A model generated the notes under the pieces. It searched no databases, was not told the origin of the DNA, and saw nothing but the letters and a program-made list of their open reading frames with translations. 64,000 nucleotides of DNA from Octopus vulgaris (taxonomy: Eukaryota). The position numbers and the translations under genes are program-made. Positions 41,514 through 53,354 of this stretch are shown here, in pieces. How positions within the stretch are numbered: position 1 is the first letter of the stretch; the number at the start of each line of letters is the position of its first letter. Where the stretch lies: assembly GCA_951406725.2 (NCBI GenBank), contig OX597830.1, positions 34,720,001-34,784,000 on the forward strand. The letters run 5' to 3'.

Positions 41514-41745
41514 AGGCGGTAAGCTGGGAGAATCGGTAGCACGCCGGGCGAAATGCTTTGAAGCAATTCGTACGCTTTTTCCGTTCTGAGTTCAAGTTCC
41601 GCCGAAGTCGACTTTGCCTTTTATCCCTTCGGGTCGATAAAATAGGTACCAGTTGAACATCGGGGGTCGATAATCGACCGCGCCTCCCGCTCTAAATTGT
41701 TGACCCCCAAATTCCTGGCCTTGTGCAAAAATCTGAAATCAGTAT
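41514..41745 (+). mobile_element. SINE family B
   Basis: ggcggtaagctgggagaatcggtagcacgccgggcg...gagttcaagttcc. Confidence 0.85.
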
Positions 41746-42077
41746 TACTCATATATCTAGGATAGTACTGCTTCTGTACATGAGAAACCGGTACTGCTCG
41801 AGATTGGTAGTGTGTTGAGTATACTTCTTTCTGAGTTCGAATTAGGCCGAGATTTGGCTTTCTCTTTCATCATTCCTTACCTACATATACAGTAAAGTAT
41901 CAAACAAGTCATGGGGTCGATTTAATCCGAAATTCTCGCCTGTGTCTATGTTAGAAATCATTAAGTATTCCGAGGAATATATGACTGAATAAAACTAATG
42001 AAGGAAAGAAACAATCATTCTGAAACACAAGAAAGACCGTGCATACAATGCATGAATAATAAACTTTTCAGATTAAT

Positions 42078-42484
42078 AAGGGGGTGAGCTGGCAGAAACG
42101 TTAGCACGCCGGGCGAAATGCGTAGCCGTATTTCGTCTACCGTTATGTTCTGAGTTCAAATTCCATCGGGGTCGATAAATTAGGTACCAGTTACGCACTG
42201 GGGTCGATGTAATCGACTTAATCCCTTTGTCTGTCCTTGTTTGTCCCCTCTATGTTTAGCCCCTTGTGGGTAATAAAGAAATAAGAAACGTTAGCACGGC
42301 GGGCGAAATTCTTAGCGGTATTTCGTCTTGTCTTTATGCTCTGAGTTCAAATTCCGCCGAGATCGACTTTGCCTTTCGTCCTTTCGGGATCAATAAATTA
42401 AATACCAGTTACGTACTGGGGTCGATCTAATTGATTGCCTCCCCCCCCTTCCCCAAAATTTCAGGCTTTGTGCCTAGAATAGAA
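42078..42484 (+). mobile_element. SINE family B dimer flanked by a 23-bp target-site duplication
   Basis: aataataaacttttcagattaat at 42055-42077 and 42485-42507. Confidence 0.92.
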
Positions 42485-43115
42485 AATAATAAACTTTTCA
42501 GATTAATCTTTTAAATCCCGGCATTAGTGAAGAAAATATAGGCAAGAAATGAATTGTTTTCTCATCGTTGTTTTGCTCTAGATTATCCCAGTTCGATCAA
42601 AGCAACGCTAAAGATGTATTTCAGCCTTAACTACACTGATCTTTGTCGTAGTGTGTTTTGTTTTGTTTTTTTTTTCTTGCGGGTACAGTGTATCCAAGTT
42701 TATGTTGTCTAGCATTTTTCAATACAGAAGGTTGAAGAGAGTTGGCCCTTAATTCTAGTACACAATGAGACTGATTAGAAGTACTCATGTACGCTAATGA
42801 GGAAATGCTATCCCAAGTAAGACCGAAGAAAGAACTCTAACGCGGAAACTATCGAGTTAGACGCACTAAGGACGAAAAGCTAAGTGAAGTGAGAGGAGTT
42901 TTAGGTACGGTGGCATACAGATTGAATTTACAGAGTTTGGGATTGCGGGGTTGTCTGTTAGTCGACACTTCTTTCTTCGGACATGATGTAGAAGCTACAC
43001 GTGTACAGAAGTTTCACTAATCTACATATGTCGGCAACAGTGAAGAATAAATATCACTTGAAATTTGTAAAAATCGTAGTAGTTGTTCAGTATTGTGCGT
43101 TTTATAACTCTACAC

Positions 43116-43410
43116 CAGGGGTTCCAAACCGGGGTCCACAGAAGCTTTAAGGATGTCTAAGAATAAAAAATTGTAATTTTTAGGTCCATAAATAAATTTT
43201 GCTTACTAGGAGAGGTGCGTTTATTTATTGAAAGTTTCAAGATTTGTATATGGGATTTATGTTATGAATATAACGAAATTGCTTCATTGTTAATTTTTAC
43301 TAAGCTACAAACAAATATTTTATTTAAAAAATTTACATGTACATATATAGGATCCACAGATAAGATAGCTCTGAGGGGGTCCACAAGCAAAATAAGATTG
43401 GGAACTCCTA
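43116..43410. mobile_element. hAT (Charlie-like) MITE
   Basis: TIRs caggggttccaaac / gattgggaactccta; 8-bp flanks ctctacac and ctctattc (6/8, close to the NTCTAGAN target); internal ggggtccaca repeats. Confidence 0.75.
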
Positions 43411-43734
43411 CTCTATTCTGTGGACATTTGTGAGACATGCTCTTCTAGGAAATGTTATGAAAGAACGATCTATATGGACTGATGTTTTATTCGTGTGATA
43501 CTTATAAATTTAGGATTTAGCGTATGCATTATGAATCTTATACATATTCTAAAAGCGTACGAAGTAAGGCAAGCCCGTCATATTTCGACGTAATACCTGG
43601 CGGTAGAACTTGAAAGTTGTGTGTATGCCTAATGTTTAGAAGGTACTGTTATCCTTAAAGGAGCTCGTTTGATAAGAGGATAACTATGTGAGGATCATTC
43701 AAATACTGAAGAACATGTACGGTAGATATCATCT

Positions 43735-44100
43735 TTTATCTTTTTTCTTTCTTACTTGTTTTGATCATTTGAACTCCGGCCATGCTGGGGCACCACATTC
43801 AAGAATTTTAGTCGAACGAATAGGCCCTAGAACTTATTTTCCCTTAAAGCTTGGTATTATTCTATCGGTCTCCTTTGCTGAACTGCTAAGTTACGGCAAA
43901 GCGATCGAGGATATAACCCCCCCCCCCCAAACACACACACGCACATACATATATATACGACGGGTTTCTTTTAGTTTCCGTTTACGAAATCTACTCACAA
44001 CCGCCCGGTAGAAAATGCTTATGCATAGTGCCACACAATGAGACTGTACCAGGTACTATGTCGTTGAAAAGTCAGCTTTTTACCACACAGTCACGCCTAC
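43735..44100 (-). mobile_element. SINE family A, decayed
   Basis: Reverse-complement tail and head motifs. Confidence 0.7.
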
Positions 44101-44229
44101 GACTGTCATATCGACAATAATTTTGTTCTTTCTCAATGATTGTTTTAAGTGGAACGCTTGTCATGTGATGTGTCTCGCAGCATGATGACAAAGAATAAAG
44201 ATAAAGTATAAGAATCCACTTCAATCTTT

Positions 44230-44396
44230 AAGGCGTGACTGTGTGGTAAGAAACTTCCTTCCCATCCACATGGACCCGGGTTCAGTCCCACGGCGTGGCA
44301 CCTTGAGCAAGTGTCTTCTACAATAGCCTCGGTCCGACCAAAGACTTGCGAGTGGATTTAATGATTTAATACACAGAAACTGAAAGGATCCCGTCG

Positions 44397-44447
<51 letters not shown>

Positions 44448-44716
44448 ATGTGTGTGTGTGTGTCTGTTTGTCTTGGACTCCCCTACCATCGCTTGACAAC
44501 CGATGCTGGTATGTTTACGTCTCCGTAACTTAGTGGTTCGGAAAAAAGAGGCCGATAGCATAAGAAGTAAACTTGCAAAGAATAAAAGAATTTTATAAGT
44601 ACGAAACTTATAAAGAATAAATTCCTGGGGATCGATTTCTTCGACTAAAACCCTTTATGGCGGTGCTCCAGCATGCTCGCGGTCAAATGACTGAAACAAT
44701 GAAAAGAATAAAAGAA
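44230..44716 (+). mobile_element. SINE family A
   Basis: ggcgtgactgtgtggtaag...ggttcagtccc...gtcaaatgactgaaac. Confidence 0.88.
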
Positions 44717-47129
44717 TTTTGGTCGTTGCACTTACTAGTTAAAGCTGTCGCTCAAACCCGACCCTGGCCACTCACTCTGTCAATCTAAATATTCATCTTT
44801 TGATTAATTGAGTGGGCAGTAGCAATGTGAAGTAAAATACCTTTCCCAAGGGCGCAATGCTTCTCTCGGGCCGAGAATCGAACTCGTGGCCTTATATGCG
44901 AAAACCAAGTTGCCTAATAATTGGACTACGCGTCTTCTCATCCATTTGTAATACTAACACTATTTTAAGACACTATAACCAGCAACATGTAAGAGGAAAA
45001 TGGCTTAATTGCAAATAAATTCGACTTCTTAGTATTTGTTAACACTTTAAATATCTACAATACTGAATTGATGGAGAGTGTGTTATAATAACAATAAAAT
45101 ATATATTCTTGTCTCCCAGTAGATTTGCAAGTTCATGAGAGTTGTAGGCTGAAAGCAATTTATACAACGTTTGAATTTCCAAGACAAAAGCTTTCACATA
45201 GATGTCCTAGACAGAACTTATATGCTTCATATATTAAATGTATCAGTTGTATAAGTGTTATGTCTTTCATAGATTACATTTTCGTTTTTATTGGAGAATC
45301 TAACAATCAGGTGATTTCACTAACAGAGAGGTGTTGCTTAATTGCTTATATAATAAGGCTTTTACTAAAGTTATAATGGTTGTTAATAGCAGGTGTAGAA
45401 GTACAAGTTTTGGCTTTCTGAACTTTGCTAGTTTACCTATCATTTTATACTCTTAGCATAATTGTTAAGAAGTGATAGATTTACACTACAAGCAAACGAA
45501 ATGGAAATTCTATGAGATAATATATGAAAAATTCGCATACTACGCAGGTCTGAACCACTATGAATTTTTTTTCAGCAGAAGATCTACTCAGTGACACCTT
45601 AGTCTGCAGTATGTCTCGACAGTCACGTGAAAATAACATAAAATGGAGATTTGCTCAGAAAAATAGGCCACCATTTTTCTTTTTTCTTTTCTAAAGTAAA
45701 ATTTAAGATACAATAACATACCGGGATATGAAAGTATCAACTGACTGGTATAAAGATTGAATGTAAAGTTAGTAAATCTCGAGTTCGCATACTCTATATT
45801 TCGAGAGCATGGGTAGCATTAAAAAACCATGTTCAAAGGCAAAAGCTCGTCATAGAAAATTGGTTTCTTAAATAGAAGTATGATCGTTACAAAACACATC
45901 TTTAATTTGGTTGACGCGAACATAATTTTTCCATCTGTTATGATGTCCACAATAAAGTCAACGACATCTAATCTCATTTATTTCTTTCTCTCTCATTTTC
46001 CCTCTCTTTCTCTCTTTCTTTTCTTTTTTTTCTTCTTTATATACCCCTCCTCCTTGCAATGTGAATATTCATTACGGAAAAAAAATTTAAATAAATGAAT
46101 GAAATACAAAAGCAAAAAGTATTCAGCAACAACACATACTACACCAGCTTTAACATCACATTTAAAACCGTTTGAAGCGGTTCAGTGAATTGATAATCAA
46201 AGTCGTGATTTCTTCCTCCTATTCGAAACAGTTGGAGAATGCAAACGAACGCAACACCAGCGTGACAACTTCGATGGTGATTAAGATTTAACTCGAATGA
46301 TTAAATTATGGTATTTTCTATTAGCGATTTCATATCTTCAACTTGAAAGTCTTCTTAATTTTTACTCGGTTTCCACATGTGTGATGTGTCCGCTAAAGAA
46401 AACATAGAAGCGCCTTAAGCGACGGGTTTTTATTCCATACACCATGCCTTCACCACTCCGTTTAGGTCTTCCTGAAAAGAACAGTGTGAGTGAATGAGAG
46501 AGTATGTGAATGACTGATTGAATGAATGTGTGTATGTGTGAGCGACTGAGATTGAAATTATTTTGATTTATTCATTCATTTATTTATTTGTTGTTAAATT
46601 AAATAACTTGATTCATTTAGTTTTATTTCCTTGTGGTGAGATTATTCTGGTTTGATTTGCAGGAAGCACATTACGAAAACGAAAGGAAGATAGCTTAAAG
46701 GTGTGCACACGTTGATCAATATTTTCTCTAAATTGTGACAAACGTCGCAGAAAGAATGAAAAAAAAATAATGAATGAAAAATAACAAATTAATTAATAAT
46801 AAAAAAGAAAGAGGTACGAGTCTGGTAAGTCGACTTCTTGACCCGGTTTCAAATCATTTCGTTTTGCATACGCTGAAAAATAGTTTTAGGAAATGCATGA
46901 ATGTCACTGTTTCCAGTACCTACATTTGTCCCGCGTTCTTTTTAGCATAGCCACAAACCAGGCATAGTTAGTTGTAATTTATCCATGTTTTGACTAACAG
47001 TTACTTTATCGTTCGTAAGATGACTAAAAGGCAAAAACCAATCCCGTAAAAAACGTTCTGCTTAAAATTAAAAGACCAATTTACCTATTCAAATAAATAA
47101 AATAATGGTTACGTACAAGTCGGGAACAA

Positions 47130-47955
47130 GGCAAGCAATTTTGAAGGGACCAATTAGCCCCGTTATTTGACAAGTATCTTATTTTATTGCCTAAAAGGAA
47201 TGAAAGGTAAAATTCAACCCCACGGCATTTGGGCTGAGAACGTGGAGATCTGAAATAAACAGTGCAACGCATTTTGCCCGACACTCTAACGAATCTTCCA
47301 GCTCAGCCATTTGATAATTGTTATTGATACAGCCACAAGGCTAGTAGTTTTGAGGGACGGAAGCTAATCGATATCACCTCCCCCTCCACTCCAACACATA
47401 CTCATGGAGCATAAAGAGGACTTTATTTTATCGAACCCATGACGGATGAAAGCAATGTTGACCTCAGCGGAATGTGAATTCAAAACGTAAACAACGAGAA
47501 GAAATACGACAAAGCATTGTTCCAGCCTTCAAAGATCCAACCCAGATACGCCTTAATAGTAGTCGTAATATTCTTTCTAATTTTGGCTCAAGGTCACCAA
47601 TGTTCGAAGGGCGAGAGCAAGCGAAACACGTGGAAATACATACATACATGCATACATACATATATACATACATACATACATACATACGTACGTACATACA
47701 TACATACATACGTACATACATACATACATGCATACATACATAGATCCTTTCTACTATAGGCACAAGGCTTGACATTTTTGTAAGGAGGGTATCAGTCAAG
47801 TACATCTACGCCATTGCATAACTGGTACTTAGTTTATTGATCCCGAAAGGACGACAGGCAAAGTCGACCATGGCAGCATTTGAACCTAGAAAGTAAAGAC
47901 AGACGAAATGCTACCAGGCATTTTGCCCGGCATTCTAACGATTCTGCCAGCTTTA
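47130..47955 (-). mobile_element. Three decayed SINE family B copies with a (CATA)n spacer
   Basis: Repeated gaaaggatgaaaggcaaagtcgacc-like and ctaacgattctgccagct motifs. Confidence 0.75.
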
Positions 47956-48160
47956 CACACGCACATATCCATACATTCATGCATATACACATACATACAT
48001 ATACACACACGCACGCATGCATACATATACACACGCACATAGATACATACATACACACATGCATACTTACATACATACACACACGTACATACATACATCC
48101 ATCCATCCATACATACATATACATATACATATACACACACGCACGCATGCAGGGTGTGTA

Positions 48161-48212
<52 letters not shown>

Positions 48213-48217
<5 letters not shown>

Positions 48218-48681
48218 ATCTATATTATTACCCTTTTGATTATATTCATATATTACTTGATAGATTTATTCGTAAAATTTTTTCCCGGCATACCCTATAT
48301 CGCCGGGTAGATTTTGCGTCTGCGCAGAGATTTGAAAATTTAAGATCTGCAAGTTGTTTAGATCAACACATGGTCTAACGCGCAGCGCATCTCGATTTAA
48401 CTTAGGCGTCCCGCTGATGAAACCGGCCTTAGCAAACATATTCTGTCTGTTTTACTAGAAAGAGGTAGAAACTGATCAGTCCGGAATGTATCGTTATTGG
48501 TAAATGTTTTTGATTTTCACTCTCGATAAATTTATCCCTTTTTTGTGTCCCTAGCACTTGGCATCCTTATTTAGGAGCCCTTAATTATATTTTTATATGA
48601 ATAATATTTTGTCTAATGACTAATTCGTCCTTTGTGCTGAGCCACTGGTAGTAATCTATGTTATTACCCTTTTGATTATAT
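48213..48681 (+). mobile_element. 436-bp hammerhead-containing unit with 33-bp terminal direct repeat (retrozyme/pLTR-like), inserted in (TA)n
   Basis: tagtaatctat(a/g)ttattacccttttgattatat at 48213 and 48649; (TA)n on both sides; internal hairpins and a hammerhead. Confidence 0.8.
48406..48489 (+). ncRNA. Type I hammerhead ribozyme motif
   Basis: gcgucccg CUGAUGA a acc...ggu a GAAA cugaucag UC cggaaugu: 8-bp stem I with one mismatch, long stem II, palindromic stem III, GUC cleavage triplet. Confidence 0.75.
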
Positions 48682-48885
48682 ATATATATATATATATATA
48701 CATACAATAATAAATATTAGGGAATAAATCCAAATTTACAGGGAAAAAAATCAGATTTAGGATTAAATCCAATTTTATAGTAAAATATTATAAAATATTA
48801 TTAGAGACAAAACCACTATTTTGCAAAACAAACAAGGAACGACTTAATCAATACATAAAATTTTAATAAATAGTCAAAAAAACCG

Positions 48886-48928
48886 CCACTACAATTGTTT
48901 CTTGTCTTGATCGACAATCTTCAGGTGG
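48886..48928 (-). ncRNA. Minimal type I hammerhead ribozyme motif (mirror copy)
   Basis: Exact reverse complement of 48986-49028. Confidence 0.85.
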
Positions 48929-48985
48929 ACTTCCAATAAGTCAGTTTCAAATTATGAAATAATTTGAAACTGACTTATTGGAAGT

Positions 48986-49028
48986 CCACCTGAAGATTGT
49001 CGATCAAGACAAGAAACAATTGTAGTGG
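48986..49028 (+). ncRNA. Minimal type I hammerhead ribozyme motif
   Basis: ccac CUGAAGA uuguc-gaucaa-gacaa GAAA caauug UA gugg: intact core, stems I and II paired, palindromic stem III, GUA site. Confidence 0.85.
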
Positions 49029-49701
49029 CGGTTTTTTTGACTATTTATTAAAATTTTATGTATTGATTAAGTCTTTCCTTGTTTGTTTTGCAAAATAGTG
49101 GTTTTGTCTCTAATAATATTTTATATATACATACATATATATATATATATATGTATGTACGCATGTGTGTGTATATATGCATGCGTGCGTGTGTATATGT
49201 ATGTTTTGTATAAGCACATGCAGGTACGTACATACATACATACACACCTACACTATGAAGTGTAATAGCTTGTTATGGCGGTGATATTGTTTGAGTCCCA
49301 GTAAGCGAAGGAGGTAGTGATGGGTTTTTATAAGTAGTAAGGTGCTGGCGGCCAACATTTTATAGTTTATTCTATTTTCTTTTACTTTTTTAATGAAATT
49401 TTTTTAAAATTCGTATGAATCAGCGCATGCGCTTTAGTGCAGGTAATTATCGTCGTCGTCGCCTCCAAAACTCCAATGACTTTCAGCAGCAAAGAAACAA
49501 TAGCCACCAGAAACGGCAAATAAACATCCCCGCTGCCGCTGTTGCCACCATTTTCTATAAACGTTTGCTGTATTTTCGTTCTGCCTTCTCTGGATTTCTT
49601 TTCCACTTTTTCATTTGAGTTGCATCCCTTAATGTGTGGAAATAAGCAGGAAAGTATGAATATTTATATTGATTAATATATATATATATACAATAATAGT
49701 A

Positions 49702-49734
<33 letters not shown>

Positions 49735-50273
49735 CAGGCAGTGGCTCTCATGGCTTCTGATCTTAACTGATTGGAAGTGTTATCATGTACATTGGTTTGT
49801 CTTGGTATAAAAGATGGGCTACAGCAAATATTTTGCTCAAAATCACAGATTTGCTTGTCAGTTGTTTGACCTTAAACAGTTGAGCATGTCCCTTAGTGGC
49901 TGACGATATGTGCATCTCTGATCACGAGCAGAAGTAGTGGGGGAGCATCATAGCCATGTGTTGAGAGGAATTCTTTGGGATTTGAATAATTTACCTCTGG
50001 AAACATGGGTGGTTCTTTCAACATCCTTAAACAACCCTTATTCAGGGACCTTTTGAGCGGGATGGGTTACTCAACCTGAAGAAAATTCTAACTGGGCCCC
50101 ACCTGCAAGGTCATGTGCTGTTTATCTTGATATGAGATCACCATGTCGCGCACATATGGTTGTGATGCATGTGCCTGGTGTACCCTTATCAGACGGGTAG
50201 TCATGATGGGTATATTGGGCTTCGTATATTTTACCCCAGTGTCACTTTGATGGCATGAACTGCTCTCTCACTC
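49735..50273 (+). mobile_element. Family D element between (TAA)n tracts
   Basis: Third copy in the window; no ORF and no clear tRNA head; ends ctctctcactc-aataataa. Confidence 0.9.
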
Positions 50274-50300
50274 AATAATAATAATAATAATAATAATAAT

Positions 50301-50678
50301 TAGGCGTGGGAATGGCTGCGTGGTAAGTAGATTGCTTACCAACCACATGGTTCCGGGTTCAGTCCCACTGCGTGGCATCTTGGGCAAGTGTCTTGTACTA
50401 TAGCCACAGGCTGACAAAGCCGTGTGAGTGGATTTGGTAGACGGGAACTGAAAGAAGCCTATCGTACATATGTACATATATGTGTGTGATGTGTGATGTG
50501 TGTGTGTGTGTATATGTTTGTGTGTCAGGTGTTTGTCCCTCCCCCCAACATCGCTTGGCAACCGATGCTGGTGTGTTTACGTCCCCGTAACTTAGCGGTT
50601 CGGCAAAAGACACTGATAGAATAAGTACTAAGCTGGCCACAGTCAAATGACTGAAACAAGTAAAAGAGTAAAAGAGTT
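50301..50678 (+). mobile_element. SINE family A (3' internal deletion)
   Basis: Head, CORE-like segment and gagtaaaagag tail. Confidence 0.88.
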
Positions 50679-50702
50679 ATAATAATAATAATAATAATAA
50701 TG

Positions 50703-50746
<44 letters not shown>

Positions 50747-50747
50747 T

Positions 50748-51530
50748 CCATGCGGGTCAGGGTTTCTTCCCTTTCGTTAGCTGTTCTTGTTCGGAATTCA
50801 TGAGCACTCTCAAGTCCCTTTTTGTTAAATCCTTCTGCATTAACAGCATACTGTAGTAAGTCTTATCTGTTTTTTACCAAATGTTCTGCCTTGCTTCTTC
50901 TTTCAATATTAGTGATTGTGATAGTCTTGCACAGAAAGAGTACAAGCGTAGACACGACAAGATAGCCTAAAACATCCACTGGCTACTATGCCGTAAGTAT
51001 GGATATGAGTTTACAGTTGCTTGGTACAAACATCCAGCGGAAAAGGTAATGGCTGAAAAAAAGGAGGCAAAAATGCTCTGGGACTTTGACTTCCATACAT
51101 ACAAGGTATTAGAGCACCGAAGGCCAGATGTAGTAACCTTTAGGAGGGACAAACAAGAGTTCCTAATAATTGATGTGGCAGTGCCAGGAGATCAACATAT
51201 CATCATGAAAGAAAGGGAAAAGGTTTAATAAATATGGAGACCTGATAATTGAGATCGCTAAGATGTGGCAGCTATGAGAGTCAAATATAAAGGTTATCCC
51301 TATTGTCATCGGAGTATTGGGTTCAATACCACCCAATCTGCAAAAACATCTGAAAAATTTAGAAATACCCTACAATCCAGGTGCATTGCAAAAGTCGGCA
51401 GTACTTGGAACTGCACGCATATTGGGTAAATTACTGTCTGTGTGATGTCTTAGTTGTGACTTGACAAACGGTAGACACAATATCATCAATCAACAACCTC
51501 ATGATATTGTATACTGTGCGACGTCTATAT
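50748..51530 (+). mobile_element. RLE-type LINE 3' fragment with an inverted 5' segment
   Basis: + strand LAQKEYKRRHDKIA, KMLWDF, HRRPDVV, IIDVAVPGD, VIPIVIGVLG, LQKSAVLGTARIL; 50748-50905 reads as upstream LINE-like peptide on the minus strand. Confidence 0.88.
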
Positions 51531-51549
51531 CATTATTATTTTTTTTTTC

Positions 51550-52111
<562 letters not shown>

Positions 52112-52582
52112 CCTTTGAAACTTCCCAATTCAAACAGACAGAAAAATCGACTCCAGTCGACCAGACATTGTGTTCAAGGAATACTACAACAGAGGAACTT
52201 GTCTGTCCCACAAGATCAAAATGTCTCAAGAAGAGAATGCCAGAAGCTTTCTCTCTATAAAGATCTGCAAACTGAAATCATAAAAATGTGGAAGCTTAGT
52301 ACTACGATAATTCCGGGAGTAATTGGTGCGTTGGCAATGATAAAGAAGGGAGCTGAGAACTATATTAAGCTACTGCCTGGTGACTCCAGTTTCCGCAAAC
52401 TACAAAAGATAACCTTGATGTGTACAACCCATATACTACGGAAACCATTAAAATGGAATAACCATAGTACTAGTTTTAGTATGCATAGCAAAACAAAAGT
52501 GTCCATGCTACTCTTAACCTCCGGAGGATGCCCGGCACAAATGCAGCTGAAATAAAGTTATAATGAAAGGAAACCATGAATA
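52112..52582 (+). mobile_element. RLE-type LINE 3' fragment
   Basis: PIQTDRKIDSSRPDIV, KLSLYKDLQTEIIKMWKL, VIGALAMIKKG, LQKITLMCTTHILRK; (TAA)n at both ends. Confidence 0.9.
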
Positions 52583-52591
52583 ATAATAATC

Positions 52592-53008
52592 TCTCTTTCT
52601 CTTTTTTTACTTGTTTCAGTCATTTGACTGCGGCCATGCCGGAGCACCGCCTTTAGTCGAGCAAATCGACCCCGGGACTTATTCTTGTAAGCCCAGTACT
52701 TATTCTATCGTTCTCTTTTTGCCGAACCGCTAAGTGACGGGGACGTAAACACACCAGCATCAGTTGTTAAGCAATGCTAGGGGAACAAACACAGACACAC
52801 AAACACATATACACACACATATATATATATGTATACATATATACGACAGGCTTCTTTCAGTTTCCGTCTACCAAGTCCACTCACAAGGCATTGGTCGGCC
52901 CGAGGCTGTAGCAGAAGACGCTTGCCCAAGATATCACGCAGTGGGACTGAACCTAGAACCATGTGGTTGGTTAGCAAGCTACTTACCACACAGCCACTCC
53001 TGCGCCTA
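52592..53008 (-). mobile_element. SINE family A, full length
   Basis: Reverse complement of 4705-5117 with high identity. Confidence 0.92.
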
Positions 53009-53024
53009 TATAATGATAATGATG

Positions 53025-53096
<72 letters not shown>

Positions 53097-53123
53097 GTAA
53101 TGATAATAATAATAATAATAATA

Positions 53124-53167
<44 letters not shown>

Positions 53168-53345
53168 AAAGAACTGATTGCTACCTAGCTCAGATACCAG
53201 GAAATCCAAAAATGAAAGAAATTAAAAAAATAATGCGCATGGTAACTACCCATATCCTACGTAAATTATTGTCTATGTAATTCCAAAGATATTTAAATTT
53301 GTAAACAGTGCCAAAAAACTGTTAAATGTACATAATAGTAAACAC
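53168..53345 (+). mobile_element. Extreme 3' tip of an RLE-type LINE
   Basis: YLAQIPGNPKMKEIKKIMRMVTTHILRKLLSM* aligns with the C-termini of the 51.7 and 52.4 kb copies. Confidence 0.75.
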
Positions 53346-53354
53346 ATTTTATCC

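Larger units (their letters stand above)
48789..49125. repeat. Near-perfect palindrome, 167-bp arms, 3-nt spacer
   Basis: 48789-48955 is the reverse complement of 48959-49125 with one mismatch seen; spacer gaa. Confidence 0.95.

Noticed and set aside
49423-49432. NRF1-type gcgcatgcgc motif as a promoter (also ~13308)
   Set aside because: Single short motif, no CpG island or linked exon visible.
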